A stretch of DNA of 64,000 nucleotides from an uncultured delta proteobacterium (GCA_963715335.1 CAVQRZ010000029.1:1-64000); one strand, 5' to 3'. Positions 1-9,895 are shown, counted from the first letter of the stretch. Program-made: numbers and translations. The notes: generated from the letters alone by a model not told the origin.

Positions 1-154
1 TTCGGGTCTTTGGAATCTGCTGTTAAAAAATGAAATCTCTAGGCTCAGGGGGTTCAATGCCAAAAGCGGCAGATCGTATTGAACTTCAGAAGTCAGGTTC
101 AGTAAGAATTGTGCTGTTTCTATAAGTTTGACCACATCAAAACAATGTGAGAGG

Positions 155-183
155 ATTTCTGATAATTCATAAGTGTGTCAGTC
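155..183. repeat. Left copy of ~29-bp imperfect inverted repeat (dif-like two-arm site)
   Basis: ATTTCTGATAA-TTCATAA-GTGTGTCAGTC; its reverse complement aligns with 1946-1975. Confidence 0.5.
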
Positions 184-340
184 GGAGGGCTCTGGAACAA
201 GATTTCGAGTGTGTCATGGCCGAGGTGGATAGGACGTCTCTACCTAAGAGAAAAGGCCCGTCCGTTTGACAAAATCATAATTAATCACTATTGTTCAAAT
301 ATAATCAAATGTAGCTTACTGGCTGATCAGGAGATTAGTG

Positions 341-610
341 ATGGCACAAGCAAATACCAAAGTATTGACGGCACATATCCCTCTACAGATGGCAGATAAG
401 GTTGATCAGATGGCAAAGCGACTAGAGCGTTCTCGTGGTTGGATCATGAAACAGGCACTGTCGGCCTGGATCGATCAAGAAGAAGAGCGTAGTCGTCTTA
501 CCCGAGAAGCTTTGGCTGATGTCGAGGCTGGTCGTGTCATTGACCATCAGTCCGTACAGGCTTGGGCTGATAGCCTTGATTCAGACAACCCAATGGATGT
601 GCCACGTTGA
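341..610 (+). CDS. CopG/ribbon-helix-helix antitoxin (type II TA)
   Basis: GGAG RBS; RHH pattern LTAHIP..ERSRGWIMKQAL; C-terminal EALADVEAGRVIDH..AWADSL; stop overlaps the toxin start. Confidence 0.88.
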   Translation: MAQANTKVLTAHIPLQMADKVDQMAKRLERSRGWIMKQALSAWIDQEEERSRLTREALADVEAGRVIDHQSVQAWADSLDSDNPMDVPR

Positions 611-886
611 AGGAATTGAAGTGGACTAGCAAGGCTTTGTCAGATTTGGCAAGGCTCTATGAGTTTCTGGCTCCAGTCAACAGGGCAGCTGCGGCACGCA
701 CTGTTCAGTCACTGTCTGACCGCTCCGACCAATTTACTAGGAAATCCGCGAATCGGGGAAAGGCTTGAAGAGTTTGATCCGCGTGAAGTTCGCCGAATCC
801 TCGTAGGTCATTATGAGATGCGCTACGAGATTCAGGAATCTACAATTTATGTTTTGCGACTTTGGCACACGCGTGAGCAGCGATGA
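607..886 (+). pseudogene. RelE/ParE family toxin, split by a one-base insertion near 715-720
   Basis: TTG at 607 gives KELKWTSKALSDLARLYEFL..; the +1 frame continues ..APTNLLGNPRIGERL..YEMRYEI..VLRLWHTRE. Confidence 0.8.
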
Positions 887-902
887 TTTATGGGGGTTGA
901 TG

Positions 903-1003
903 TGTCAACACCACACCTTTGAAACGTGATTTTGGGTGCCTCGTCCACCTAAGGTGAATAGGACGCTCAAAAAATTAGCTCCAATACGCTTGGTCCGTTG
1001 GGC
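903..1003 (+). repeat. Degenerate attC-like imperfect palindrome
   Basis: Starts TGTCAAC just after the toxin stop, has internal stem CGTCC-ACCT/AGGT..GGACG, ends GTTGGGC (GTTRRRY). Confidence 0.35.
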
Positions 1004-1025
1004 GGCTGGAAGACCCTCTACCAGA

Positions 1026-1742
1026 ATGAGCAATCGCAAAACTAAACGCCCGATGTCGGAGCCAGAGCAGGAATTCCTTAGAGATATCCTGAAAAACGCT
1101 AAAACCAGTGCTCGTCGATGGAAAATAGCTACTGTAAACGCAGTGCTTTATTATTCCTTATCCGTGCTTGCTTTCGTGGTTGTCTGGAAAGTAATTGCAT
1201 GGATGGCGCGGTCTACTTTAAGTGTTGAGATTGGCTGGCATAGTCCCGCGGCAGTTTGGATCGTCGCGTTGTGTGCAGTCGCCTGTGTTCCGCCCGCCAT
1301 AATCTCCAGTGCCCGTTGGCTTAAGTCACAGAGCGATATCCGCCCAAGCCTGCGCGCTGATCTCGAAAAGGGATTAGTAACCGAAGAGGCTTATGAATTC
1401 ACTGCGATAAAAAGGTTCCAGGAGCCGGAGCACGGTGGTTTGATCTACTTTCTGCGAACCATCGATGACAAGGTTTTGGTATTATACGACGATGAGAGTC
1501 AGAAACTAGGGGCACAGGGGGAAAATCCCCTGAGCAGTAAATTTAAGCCAAGCACAGAACTCCTGCTAGTCCGTGCTCCTCAGACCGGAATTGTTATTAG
1601 TAGACATTTTTCTGGTTCAGCGCTCGACCCCGGCAAGCCTCTGGAGATATCAGTTGAACCGCAGGTATGGCCTGAACCGGAAGCTTACTGCAAATACCGT
1701 TGGGACGAGTTAGAAAAACGTCTCAGTGAAAAAGCACCGTAA
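1026..1742 (+). CDS. Hypothetical membrane protein (2 TM), gene-cassette-like
   Basis: Long ORF with lower GC and two hydrophobic segments; flanked by GTTGGGC (997) and GCCCAAC (1750). Confidence 0.75.
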   Translation: MSNRKTKRPMSEPEQEFLRDILKNAKTSARRWKIATVNAVLYYSLSVLAFVVVWKVIAWMARSTLSVEIGWHSPAAVWIVALCAVACVPPAIISSARWLKSQSDIRPSLRADLEKGLVTEEAYEFTAIKRFQEPEHGGLIYFLRTIDDKVLVLYDDESQKLGAQGENPLSSKFKPSTELLLVRAPQTGIVISRHFSGSALDPGKPLEISVEPQVWPEPEAYCKYRWDELEKRLSEKAP

Positions 1743-1945
1743 AGATGATGCCCAACCATACACATCAAAGAACGTCAGGCCGAAAGTGTCAGTCGGACCT
1801 CCTGACACTCTGACTCTCGCGTTAACAGTTCTCCCTGCCACATGGATTAACAGCTCCGTAAATTCTTAAAAACCCCGATCTTGACACACTACGCTGAAAA
1901 AATCTTACAAGTTATGTCAGCAGCAATTCTTATATTATCTAAAGC

Positions 1946-1975
1946 CACTGACACACTCTATTTCTTCTCATAAAT
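1946..1975. repeat. Right copy of ~29-bp imperfect inverted repeat
   Basis: CACTGACACAC-TCTATTTC-TTCTCATAAAT versus GACTGACACAC-TTATGAA-TTATCAGAAAT (reverse complement of the left copy). Confidence 0.5.
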
Positions 1976-1977
1976 CT

Positions 1978-3789
1978 CTATTTACGGGCACTCTCTTCAT
2001 CCGGATGCTCTGCTGTTTCCACCTCGCCAGGGGATTTGTTCCAGCGCCCCAGAACAAAGGAAGCAGAGGCCGCAACCAGGCCGAAGGTAAACACACTGAC
2101 CATCAGCGGCATCCCCTTCAAGTTCACCATATCCATCAAAAACACCTTGCCGGCACCGATCACGATCAAAAAAACCGCGACGTTTCGCAGTTCCTTGTTA
2201 TGCCTGAGCAGAGCCAGCCAGAGAACGACGATCGCAGTCACGTTGATCAACACGGATTGGGCACCATCGAAGTTGCTGCGGGTCGCCGCGTGCAGAAAAT
2301 CGAGCGTTTGATAAAGGCCGACCCGCATCGTGAAGAAACCGCTGAACAGTGCTGCAACCAGCAGGACAGTGGCACCCCGGTCATGCCTGTTGAGCTTGTG
2401 CAGTAAGGTTTCTCCAGCAACGATCGGGTTGCGCCGGGACCAGAAATAATGCACAAAGGCGATCGAAGCAAGCAAGCCGGAAGAAAGTGCGCCAACCACA
2501 GAGGGCCGTGTGCCGTCGGTCGACCAAAGCAGAAAAACCAATGCTGAGCACGCATACAGCTGCAACAGGTAGGATGCCAGGCGCAAACCGGTATTGTTGC
2601 GTCGCATTGAAAGCCACGCCATACCAATCGCGAGCAGGGCAACCAAAGCCGAAGCAATCACGGCATGTCCGAGCGCCATCGGTGCAGTGAACGCCAGCAG
2701 AATGCCTCCTGCAAGAGCAAAAGAGGTCGTTCCCAGGCTGCCCCCCTCGGACCGGTGTGCAAGCCACCAGGCAATTGCCAGGTGTGCTACGGCTGCGACG
2801 ACGGCAATCCAGCCAAAGGTCGATGCCGTCGTCAACCCCTGGTTGATGGCGTACTTCGCTGCCAGGAAAATCCAGCAGACATTGATAACCGGCATGACAA
2901 CATCAAACTTGGAGATTTTTTCCTGGACCTTGCCGAGGACTCCGAGCAACGAAATTGCAACGAAGACCAGGCCGAGGAAGCCGATCGACGGCATCAACCC
3001 CTGGACAGAGAACTCCAGGTTTTCCGGCGTCAACTTGCTCAGATAGATATTCAGCTTCAGGTCCCAGATCTGGATCATGAAGAGGGTTAAAATCAGCAAC
3101 AGCCAGCGCAGCCAGGACGCCCGCAACAGGCGCGTTGCATAGGTTGCAAAAACATTTGCCAGCCCCATGATGATCACCAGGTACGGAAAGACCGGGCTTG
3201 GATAATCAAGTGCGAAACTGCCGAAACTCATCCCGAGAGTGCCGACAAACACCGGCAATGCGACGTGATGCATCCGGCTGATCATGGTCCCGACCAGGCC
3301 GGTCAGAGCCATGGCCAGGTAGGCAACTTCCGTGGGAACCGTGGCGAAAACCCGGTGCGCTTCCACCACCACACTGCACATGATCAAGGTCCCCCAGAGC
3401 GTGTAGACAGGGGCCTGGATACTCCCCTCCTTGTAGGCAAACCAGCCGTAGATGAGTAAGCCCATGGCATAGAGCATGCCGATGAATGAGCCGATCTGCA
3501 GGTCGACAACACCACTGTCCGAGGCCGTGCGCAGAGCAACGGCCACAGCAACGATGAAACTGGTCGTGGCAACCCGCGAAAGGATGTACGATTTATCGAC
3601 CCAGGAGAGAATCTCTTCAGAAGGGCCGCCTTCAACAGAGCGTTTGCGAGGGGGCTTCTTCACCGCGGTTTCCGGGGTAGAAACCGTCTCGCGAGCAGAC
3701 CGCAACTCACTCACTGCTTGAGTCAGCAGAGCAACCTGCTCCTCAAGGTCTGCAATCCGCTTTTCTACATGGTTAGAAGACTCAACCAT
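1978..3789 (-). CDS. Polytopic membrane protein, DUF2339-like
   Basis: N-terminal coiled coil, then many TM helices; C-terminal GKVFLMDM; ATG 3789 follows GAGGGG. Confidence 0.75.
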   Translation of the reverse strand: MVESSNHVEKRIADLEEQVALLTQAVSELRSARETVSTPETAVKKPPRKRSVEGGPSEEILSWVDKSYILSRVATTSFIVAVAVALRTASDSGVVDLQIGSFIGMLYAMGLLIYGWFAYKEGSIQAPVYTLWGTLIMCSVVVEAHRVFATVPTEVAYLAMALTGLVGTMISRMHHVALPVFVGTLGMSFGSFALDYPSPVFPYLVIIMGLANVFATYATRLLRASWLRWLLLILTLFMIQIWDLKLNIYLSKLTPENLEFSVQGLMPSIGFLGLVFVAISLLGVLGKVQEKISKFDVVMPVINVCWIFLAAKYAINQGLTTASTFGWIAVVAAVAHLAIAWWLAHRSEGGSLGTTSFALAGGILLAFTAPMALGHAVIASALVALLAIGMAWLSMRRNNTGLRLASYLLQLYACSALVFLLWSTDGTRPSVVGALSSGLLASIAFVHYFWSRRNPIVAGETLLHKLNRHDRGATVLLVAALFSGFFTMRVGLYQTLDFLHAATRSNFDGAQSVLINVTAIVVLWLALLRHNKELRNVAVFLIVIGAGKVFLMDMVNLKGMPLMVSVFTFGLVAASASFVLGRWNKSPGEVETAEHPDEESARK

Positions 3790-4215
3790 AGCCCCCTCGT
3801 CTTTTCCGGAGCAGGCAAATTCCATCCTGCCTGGACGTTGAAATTAACCCTATTACGAGTAAACTTGTTCGGGTATCTGAATTTTCTTGCCACTGCGGCC
3901 ATCCAGTGTTTATTGCAGAACTAACTGCAAAAGCTATTATAATACCCCACTAGCGTAGTAAACTATGTTTAATAAAACAGTATTTTATTTTATTTTAATT
4001 GTCAAGAGACACCGATCCCAGAAATATGAAAGCCAAATCACTAATGAAATTTAATGCTACAAACCATTGATATCATGTAGTTTAGTGAAATAATTATTTA
4101 CAAGGAAAGCTGACCAAATCACTTCCAATAGTTTGACACAACCCTTTGTGTTGTGATAAAAAAACAAACCTTGTTTTACATACGAACCCTCTCAACTCAG
4201 CGTGGAGGAGCAACC

Positions 4216-4830
4216 GTGAAAATCCATTTCCGGCGATCGCTATCATTGGCAATATGCTTATTGGCGCTTGGTGTCACAGTCCTCCCTGCCGCCGAAGTCG
4301 AGAAATTTTTTGACCGTGCTGGTAACCTGGTCGTTCAGGAAAAGGTTGAGAAATACAAGCGCCGCGCAGATGAAGGGGAAACCTACCCCGTGCCACCGCC
4401 ACCATTTTCCGAAGGCATCTTCCCCTGTTCCGACTGCCATGCTGACATGGAGCCCAATCCGGAGCGCCGCGAACTGGTCGATATGCACGACGATATCATC
4501 CTTGACCATGCAGAAGGACAGCGCTGGTGTCTCGACTGCCACAACCTGAACGACCGAGACTCTCTGCATCTGGTCTCAGGCGAGAATATTCCATTCACGG
4601 AATCCTACCGCTTGTGCGGCCAGTGCCACGGCGACAAACTGCGGGACTGGAAAGTCGGTATCCACGGCAAGCGAACCGGCTACTGGAACGGTGAAAAACA
4701 GTACCTGCTCTGTGCTCATTGCCACAACCCTCATAGCCCCAGCTTCAAGCCACTGCAGCCGCTACCACCACCGGTCCGGCCCGAGAACCTGAATCGACAA
4801 AGTGCTCCTGCAGCACCAGTGCAGCACTAA
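4216..4830 (+). CDS. Periplasmic tetraheme cytochrome c
   Basis: GGAGG RBS plus GTG; signal peptide; CSDCH, CLDCH, CGQCH, CAHCH. Confidence 0.92.
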   Translation: MKIHFRRSLSLAICLLALGVTVLPAAEVEKFFDRAGNLVVQEKVEKYKRRADEGETYPVPPPPFSEGIFPCSDCHADMEPNPERRELVDMHDDIILDHAEGQRWCLDCHNLNDRDSLHLVSGENIPFTESYRLCGQCHGDKLRDWKVGIHGKRTGYWNGEKQYLLCAHCHNPHSPSFKPLQPLPPPVRPENLNRQSAPAAPVQH

Positions 4831-4871
4831 TTTAAAGCACGCGAGCAACCTCACTTAAGAGGAGACACCAT

Positions 4872-5798
4872 ATGTGTAGTGGACCCAAATGCGACAAGAA
4901 TGCCTTCCGGAAATCCCGCCGCAAAGTCCTTAAGGGGCTGGCCGCCGGCGTTGGAGCCCTGGCGTTGCCGACCCCCAATGCATCGGCATCAATCTGGGAG
5001 GCCTTTTTCCAGAAACATTTCCGTGAACTGGACAAAACTGAACTGCAGAAGGTCCTGACACGTCTCGAGGGTGAATACAGCAAGGAGTTCGGTAAAGCTG
5101 TAACCGTCAAGGCCACTCCGCCTATTGAAGGGGTCACGTTTGGGTATGGACTTGACCTGTCGCGTTGCATCGGGTGTCGTCGCTGCGTCTACGCCTGCGT
5201 CGAGGAAAACAACCAATCTCGGGATCCGCAAATCCACTGGATTAAAGTGCTGCAGCTCGACAAAGAGAAGGGTGTTGATCTGGAGCGTGCCGAGCATTAT
5301 TACAACCCGGTTGAAGTCCCGGAAAAAGGCAAATTCTACATGCCGGTTCAATGCCAGCAGTGCGAAAATCCGCCCTGCACAAAGGTCTGCCCTGTCCAGG
5401 CGACCTGGCCGGAGAATGACGGCATAGTCGTGGTCGACTACAACTGGTGCATAGGTTGCCGCTACTGCATGGCAGCCTGCCCCTACGGCGCCCGGCACTT
5501 CAATTGGGCCAAAAGCAAGCTGCCAATAGATGAGATGAATCCGGATACACACTACCTCGGCAACCGACCGCGGCCGACCGGCGTGGTTGAAAAATGTACT
5601 TTCTGTGTTCAGCGCACTCGAGAGCAGCCGGGACGTTATCCGGCCTGCGAAGAAGTCTGTCCCGTAGGGGCTCGCAAATTTGGCAATCTGAACGACCCCA
5701 AGAGTGAGATTCGCTACCTGATCGAAAACAAGCGCGTTTTCATTTTCAAGGAAGACCTGAACACTCAACCAAAATTTTTCTACTTCTACGCGACCTAA
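4872..5798 (+). CDS. Tat-exported 4Fe-4S dicluster protein (NrfC/DsrO-like)
   Basis: SRRKVLK twin-arginine motif; CIGCRRCVYAC, CQQCENPPCTKVCP, CIGCRYCMAACP, KCTFC..ACEEVCP. Confidence 0.92.
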   Translation: MCSGPKCDKNAFRKSRRKVLKGLAAGVGALALPTPNASASIWEAFFQKHFRELDKTELQKVLTRLEGEYSKEFGKAVTVKATPPIEGVTFGYGLDLSRCIGCRRCVYACVEENNQSRDPQIHWIKVLQLDKEKGVDLERAEHYYNPVEVPEKGKFYMPVQCQQCENPPCTKVCPVQATWPENDGIVVVDYNWCIGCRYCMAACPYGARHFNWAKSKLPIDEMNPDTHYLGNRPRPTGVVEKCTFCVQRTREQPGRYPACEEVCPVGARKFGNLNDPKSEIRYLIENKRVFIFKEDLNTQPKFFYFYAT

Positions 5799-5813
5799 CG
5801 GCGGAGCAATCAG

Positions 5814-7136
5814 ATGAAAAATATCTGGAATTTCTTTAAAGGCACGCTGATCCTGACTGCACGCGGTAGCACCGCCTATTATTTCTGGGTGGGTGGACTG
5901 CTCGCGCTGATGGTTATCGGCGGCATCACCTACGTGATTCAGCTCAACGACGGGCTGATCGTCACTAATATGCGGGACCAGGTTTCGTGGGGATTTTATA
6001 TCTCCAACTTCACTTTCCTGGTCGGTGTCGCGGCGGCGGCAGTCCTGCTGGTCATACCTGCCTACGTTTACCATTGGAAGCCGATCAAGGAGATCGCCTT
6101 GCTCGGCGAACTGCTTGCCGTTTCTGCAATTGTCATGTGCCTGCTTTTCGTTACTGTTGACATCGGTCGCCCTGACCGCTTCTGGCACCTGATTCCCTTT
6201 GTCGGCATCCTGAACTTCCCTCAATCTCTCCTGGCGTGGGATGTGGCCGTTCTCAACACGTATCTGGTTCTTAATTTAACCATTGCTGTTTACTACCTTT
6301 ACAACCTTTACTACAAGCGCGAACCGAACAAGAAGTTCACCACACCGTTGTTGTTGTTCTCGATCCCGGCTGCCATCTCGATTCACACGGTGACCGCTTT
6401 CCTTTATAACGGCCTAGGTGCACGGCCCTTCTGGAACGCATCTATTCTGGCGCCACGGTTTCTGGCCTCGGCCTTCTGTTCCGGGCCGGCATTCATGATC
6501 CTGGTGTTTTTCCTGATCCGTAGATACACGCGTTTCAAGATCAGTGATGAAGCTATCCAGAAGATTGCCGAACTGATCGCCTATGCAATGTTCATCAACC
6601 TCTTCCTGCTGGGCGCTGAGATCTTCAAGGAGTACTACACCGCATCCGTCCACCTCGCGCCGATGCAATACCTGCTCCAGGGACTGCACGGTCACAACGC
6701 GCTTGTGCCATGGATCTGGACCGCCATGATCTTCAACTTTACAGCCTTCATGATCTTTCTGGTCCCCGACACGCGCCGCAACAACACCACTCTGGTTCTT
6801 GGCTGTGTGTTGATTTTTATCGGTGTTTACATTGAAAAAGGGATGGGCCTGGTGATCCCCGGCTTCGTCCCTGATGTTCTTCACGAAATATATGAATATG
6901 TCCCGTCCGGCCTGGAAATGTTACTGGCAATCGGGATCTGGGCCACAGGATTATTCGTCTTCACCATGCTTTTGCGCGTAGCCATCCCAATCCTGAATGG
7001 AGATTTTCATGTCGCTGACGATGGTGTTGACTGTCACATCGGCGACAATCTGTTCTTTCTTGGCAAGGTCGACCGGGACAAATTCCTCCGGCAAGAGGAA
7101 GAAAAGCGGGCTGAAGAAACCGAAGACCCCGGATAA
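5814..7136 (+). CDS. NrfD/PsrC/DsrP family membrane anchor (quinol oxidoreductase subunit)
   Basis: SWGFYISNFTFLVGVAA, DIGRPDR, IHTVTAF, RFLASAF motifs; about 10 TM. Confidence 0.92.
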   Translation: MKNIWNFFKGTLILTARGSTAYYFWVGGLLALMVIGGITYVIQLNDGLIVTNMRDQVSWGFYISNFTFLVGVAAAAVLLVIPAYVYHWKPIKEIALLGELLAVSAIVMCLLFVTVDIGRPDRFWHLIPFVGILNFPQSLLAWDVAVLNTYLVLNLTIAVYYLYNLYYKREPNKKFTTPLLLFSIPAAISIHTVTAFLYNGLGARPFWNASILAPRFLASAFCSGPAFMILVFFLIRRYTRFKISDEAIQKIAELIAYAMFINLFLLGAEIFKEYYTASVHLAPMQYLLQGLHGHNALVPWIWTAMIFNFTAFMIFLVPDTRRNNTTLVLGCVLIFIGVYIEKGMGLVIPGFVPDVLHEIYEYVPSGLEMLLAIGIWATGLFVFTMLLRVAIPILNGDFHVADDGVDCHIGDNLFFLGKVDRDKFLRQEEEKRAEETEDPG

Positions 7137-7223
7137 AGAACGGTCAGGTTTAAAGTGTTTCCTTTTTCCGTTGAAAGCACGACGGAACGGTTTTATGGTC
7201 TCACACTTTAAAAAATACAATTA

Positions 7224-7263
7224 AACCAGAAGATTGGATTAGTTTTAATCCAATCTTCTGGTT
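7224..7263. repeat. Perfect 18-bp inverted repeat with 4-nt loop
   Basis: AACCAGAAGATTGGATTA-GTTT-TAATCCAATCTTCTGGTT. Confidence 0.9.
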
Positions 7264-7310
7264 CGGCATTTCTAGACAATCTCTATTTAAAGGAAGAGAG
7301 GGACAGAATT

Positions 7311-7799
7311 GTGAAAAGTCACGTTTGGCGGCCGCTGTATGTGGTCATTGGCATCGTCGCCGTAATCCTGCTGTTCCGGGAATTTTACGTTCCGGAAAAT
7401 TTCGGCTCTGGTGAATACGGCTTCATGTACAGCTACCACAACAAGGACAATGAGGAGGTCTGGAAAAATCAGCCTCTCAAGTACCGCGACACAGGCAAGC
7501 AGAAGATGCATGAATACTGTGCAGAGTGTCACGGTGACGTGGTCGATGTGCGAACTGAAGACTTGCACGGCATCATCCCCTGCGAGAACTGCCACGGTCC
7601 GGCCTTGGATCATCCCGACGATCCCGAACTTCTGGTCATCAACAGAGATCGCGAACAATGTTTACGCTGCCACACACTGCTGCCGTACACAACCAGCGAA
7701 CGTAAGCGCATCCCGGGCATCAATCCCGCAGAGCACAACGTGGATGAAGCCTGCGTTGACTGTCATGACCCGCACAATCCGAGATTGGAGGATATGTAA
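7311..7799 (+). CDS. Membrane-anchored tetraheme cytochrome c (CbcS-like)
   Basis: N-terminal TM; CAECH, CENCH, CLRCH, CVDCH. Confidence 0.9.
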   Translation: MKSHVWRPLYVVIGIVAVILLFREFYVPENFGSGEYGFMYSYHNKDNEEVWKNQPLKYRDTGKQKMHEYCAECHGDVVDVRTEDLHGIIPCENCHGPALDHPDDPELLVINRDREQCLRCHTLLPYTTSERKRIPGINPAEHNVDEACVDCHDPHNPRLEDM

Positions 7800-7801
7800 C
7801 C

Positions 7802-8578
7802 ATGAAGAGGCGTGATTTTCTGAAAAACACGATGGTTGTCATTGCTGGTGCGTCGGTTCCTCTCTCGGCTCTTGAATTCTTTGATCCGAAAGAGGTCCTG
7901 GCCGCCAACCCCCAACTCCACTGGGCATTTTTGATCAACACCTACACTTGTGTCGGTTGCGGCTTTTGTGTCAAGGCCTGCAAGACGGAGAACGATGTGC
8001 CTTTTGATGCCAACGTCAGCCGCACCTGGGTAGAGCGCTACGTCTATACCAAAGATGACCGGCGATACGTCGACAGCCCGCACGCCGCCCTGTACGGCTT
8101 CACGACGCCAAGATCGATCTAGGAGAGCACCTCGGCTATAAAGAGATCGACGCAAAAGATGTCGGTAAGGCGTTTTTCGTACCTAAACTCTGCAACCAGT
8201 GCGAAACACCGGCCTGCACCCAGGTGTGTCCGGTCGGAGCGACCTATAAAACTGATGACGGTGTGGTTCTGGTGGATCGTTCATGGTGTATCGGCTGCGG
8301 CTACTGCGTCATGGCCTGCCCCTTTGGAGCCCGCTACTTCCACCCGGTACACAATGTCGTCGACAAGTGCACCTTCTGTTATCACCGCATCACCAAGGGC
8401 CTGGAAACAGCCTGCGTCAATGCCTGTCCCTTCGGCGCCCGCAAGATGTGCAACATCAGGGACATCAATGATCCGATTACTCAGATTATTCTGAATGAAC
8501 GTGTCGGTGTTCTGAAAGACGAATTCGGAACCAATCCCCAGGCCTTCTACATTGGCCTCGACCACGGAGGTGCGTTAA
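7802..8578 (+). pseudogene. Tat-exported 4Fe-4S dicluster protein (CbcT/NrfC-like), frameshifted near 8110 and 8563
   Basis: MKRRDFLK; CVGCGFCVKAC in the first frame; FFVPKLCNQCETPACTQVCP, CIGCGYCVMACP and KCTFC in a second frame; EVR-stop in a further shift. Confidence 0.8.
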
Positions 8579-8580
8579 TC

Positions 8581-9872
8581 ATGGTTGAGCAGCGCTATGC
8601 ACGTACACGGAGAACTTGGACCGTCAAGGAACTGTTCGTCCTGCCCTAACGAATATATCTATTGGTCAATCCAAATCGTTATGTACCCCTTCATGACCGG
8701 TCTGGTTGCCGGTGCCTTTGTGTTGTCGTCTCTGTACCATGTGTTCGGAGTCAAACAGCTCAAAGAGATCGCCAGATATTCGCTGGTATTCTCTTTCGCA
8801 CTGTTACCGGTCGCGATGATGCCGTTGCTCCTTCATCTGGCACAACCACTGCGAGGGTTCCATGTCCTGATGACGCCACATTTTACCTCGGCGATCTCAG
8901 CCTTCGGTATCGTCTTCATGACCTACGCCTTCATCGTCGCTGCGGAGCTTTGGTTCGAGTATCGCAAGCATTTTGTCCTGACGTCACAAGCGCTTGCTGC
9001 AGAGTCGAACACAGTAGCTTTGAAGCATCCTGCGTATGCACATTTTCAAGACTGCTCACCCTGGGCGCGATGGACATCAGCACTGAAGCGGTCCAGAAGG
9101 ATCACAATGCGGTCAAGAAACTAGCGACCTCGGTATCCCGGTTGCCTGCTTTCTGCACGGCTATGCAGGCTTCATCTTCGGCTCGGTCAAGGCCAACGCC
9201 CTCTGGATGACACCCCTGATGCCGGTTATTTTTATCTGTTCGGCCGTTGTCTCCGGTATCGCACTCTGTATCTTCTGCTACGTCGTCACCATGGAAATGC
9301 GCAAGTGGATGGCCAAACGCGGAAGATGGCCGCTGTCCGGATGCCCATGCTCAGGCGGGACGGCCTACTGTCGAGGAACTGCAGTATCCGAGAAGTAGGA
9401 AATCCAAACGACTTCTAACTACCTGCTTATTTCATGACAGCAGCGATTACCCTGGAGATTCTCGACCTGATTTTCCGGGGTTATACGCAGTGAAATCCTG
9501 GGACATTCTGCGTGAGGTCATCACGAGCATGATTTCACGAAAATTTTCGTTTACTCAGTACGCAATTGGCAATGCCCTGCCATTCCTGATACTGCTGTTC
9601 CCGGGATGAACATCAGACGTGCCACAGTAGCCAGTTTCCTGGTTCTCTTCGGTGTCTTCATGATGCGTTGGAATGTTGTCATCGGCGGACAGGCCTTCTC
9701 TCTGACCTTCGCCGGTTTCATGGAATACCACTTGCCAATTATCCCACACGACATTGAGACGTTTAAGGAAGGACTGGTAGGCGCACTCTCGGTTATGGTG
9801 ACCCCATTTGTTATTTTTTGGTTCCTCAACATGATCTTCCCTGCCTTCATGTCGGAAGACGAGGCCCACTGA
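8581..9872 (+). pseudogene. NrfD family membrane anchor (CbcU-like) with multiple frameshifts
   Basis: Fragments in alternating frames: WTVKELFVLP / NEYIYWSIQIVMYPFMTGLVAGAF / HGYAGFIFGSVKANALWMTPLMPVIF / MRWNVVIGGQ. Confidence 0.8.
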
Positions 9873-9895
9873 AAAATCCAGAATCTTACAACAGG

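Noticed and set aside
175..399. 74-aa ORF upstream of the antitoxin
   Set aside because: Spans the repeat motifs and TA promoter region, overlaps the antitoxin out of frame, and has no RBS or recognisable motifs.
3830..4215. Cyclic-dinucleotide (GEMM) riboswitch ahead of the cytochrome operon
   Set aside because: The region is AT-rich and promoter-like (TTGACA at 4133); I could not identify the two-hairpin GEMM pattern by eye.
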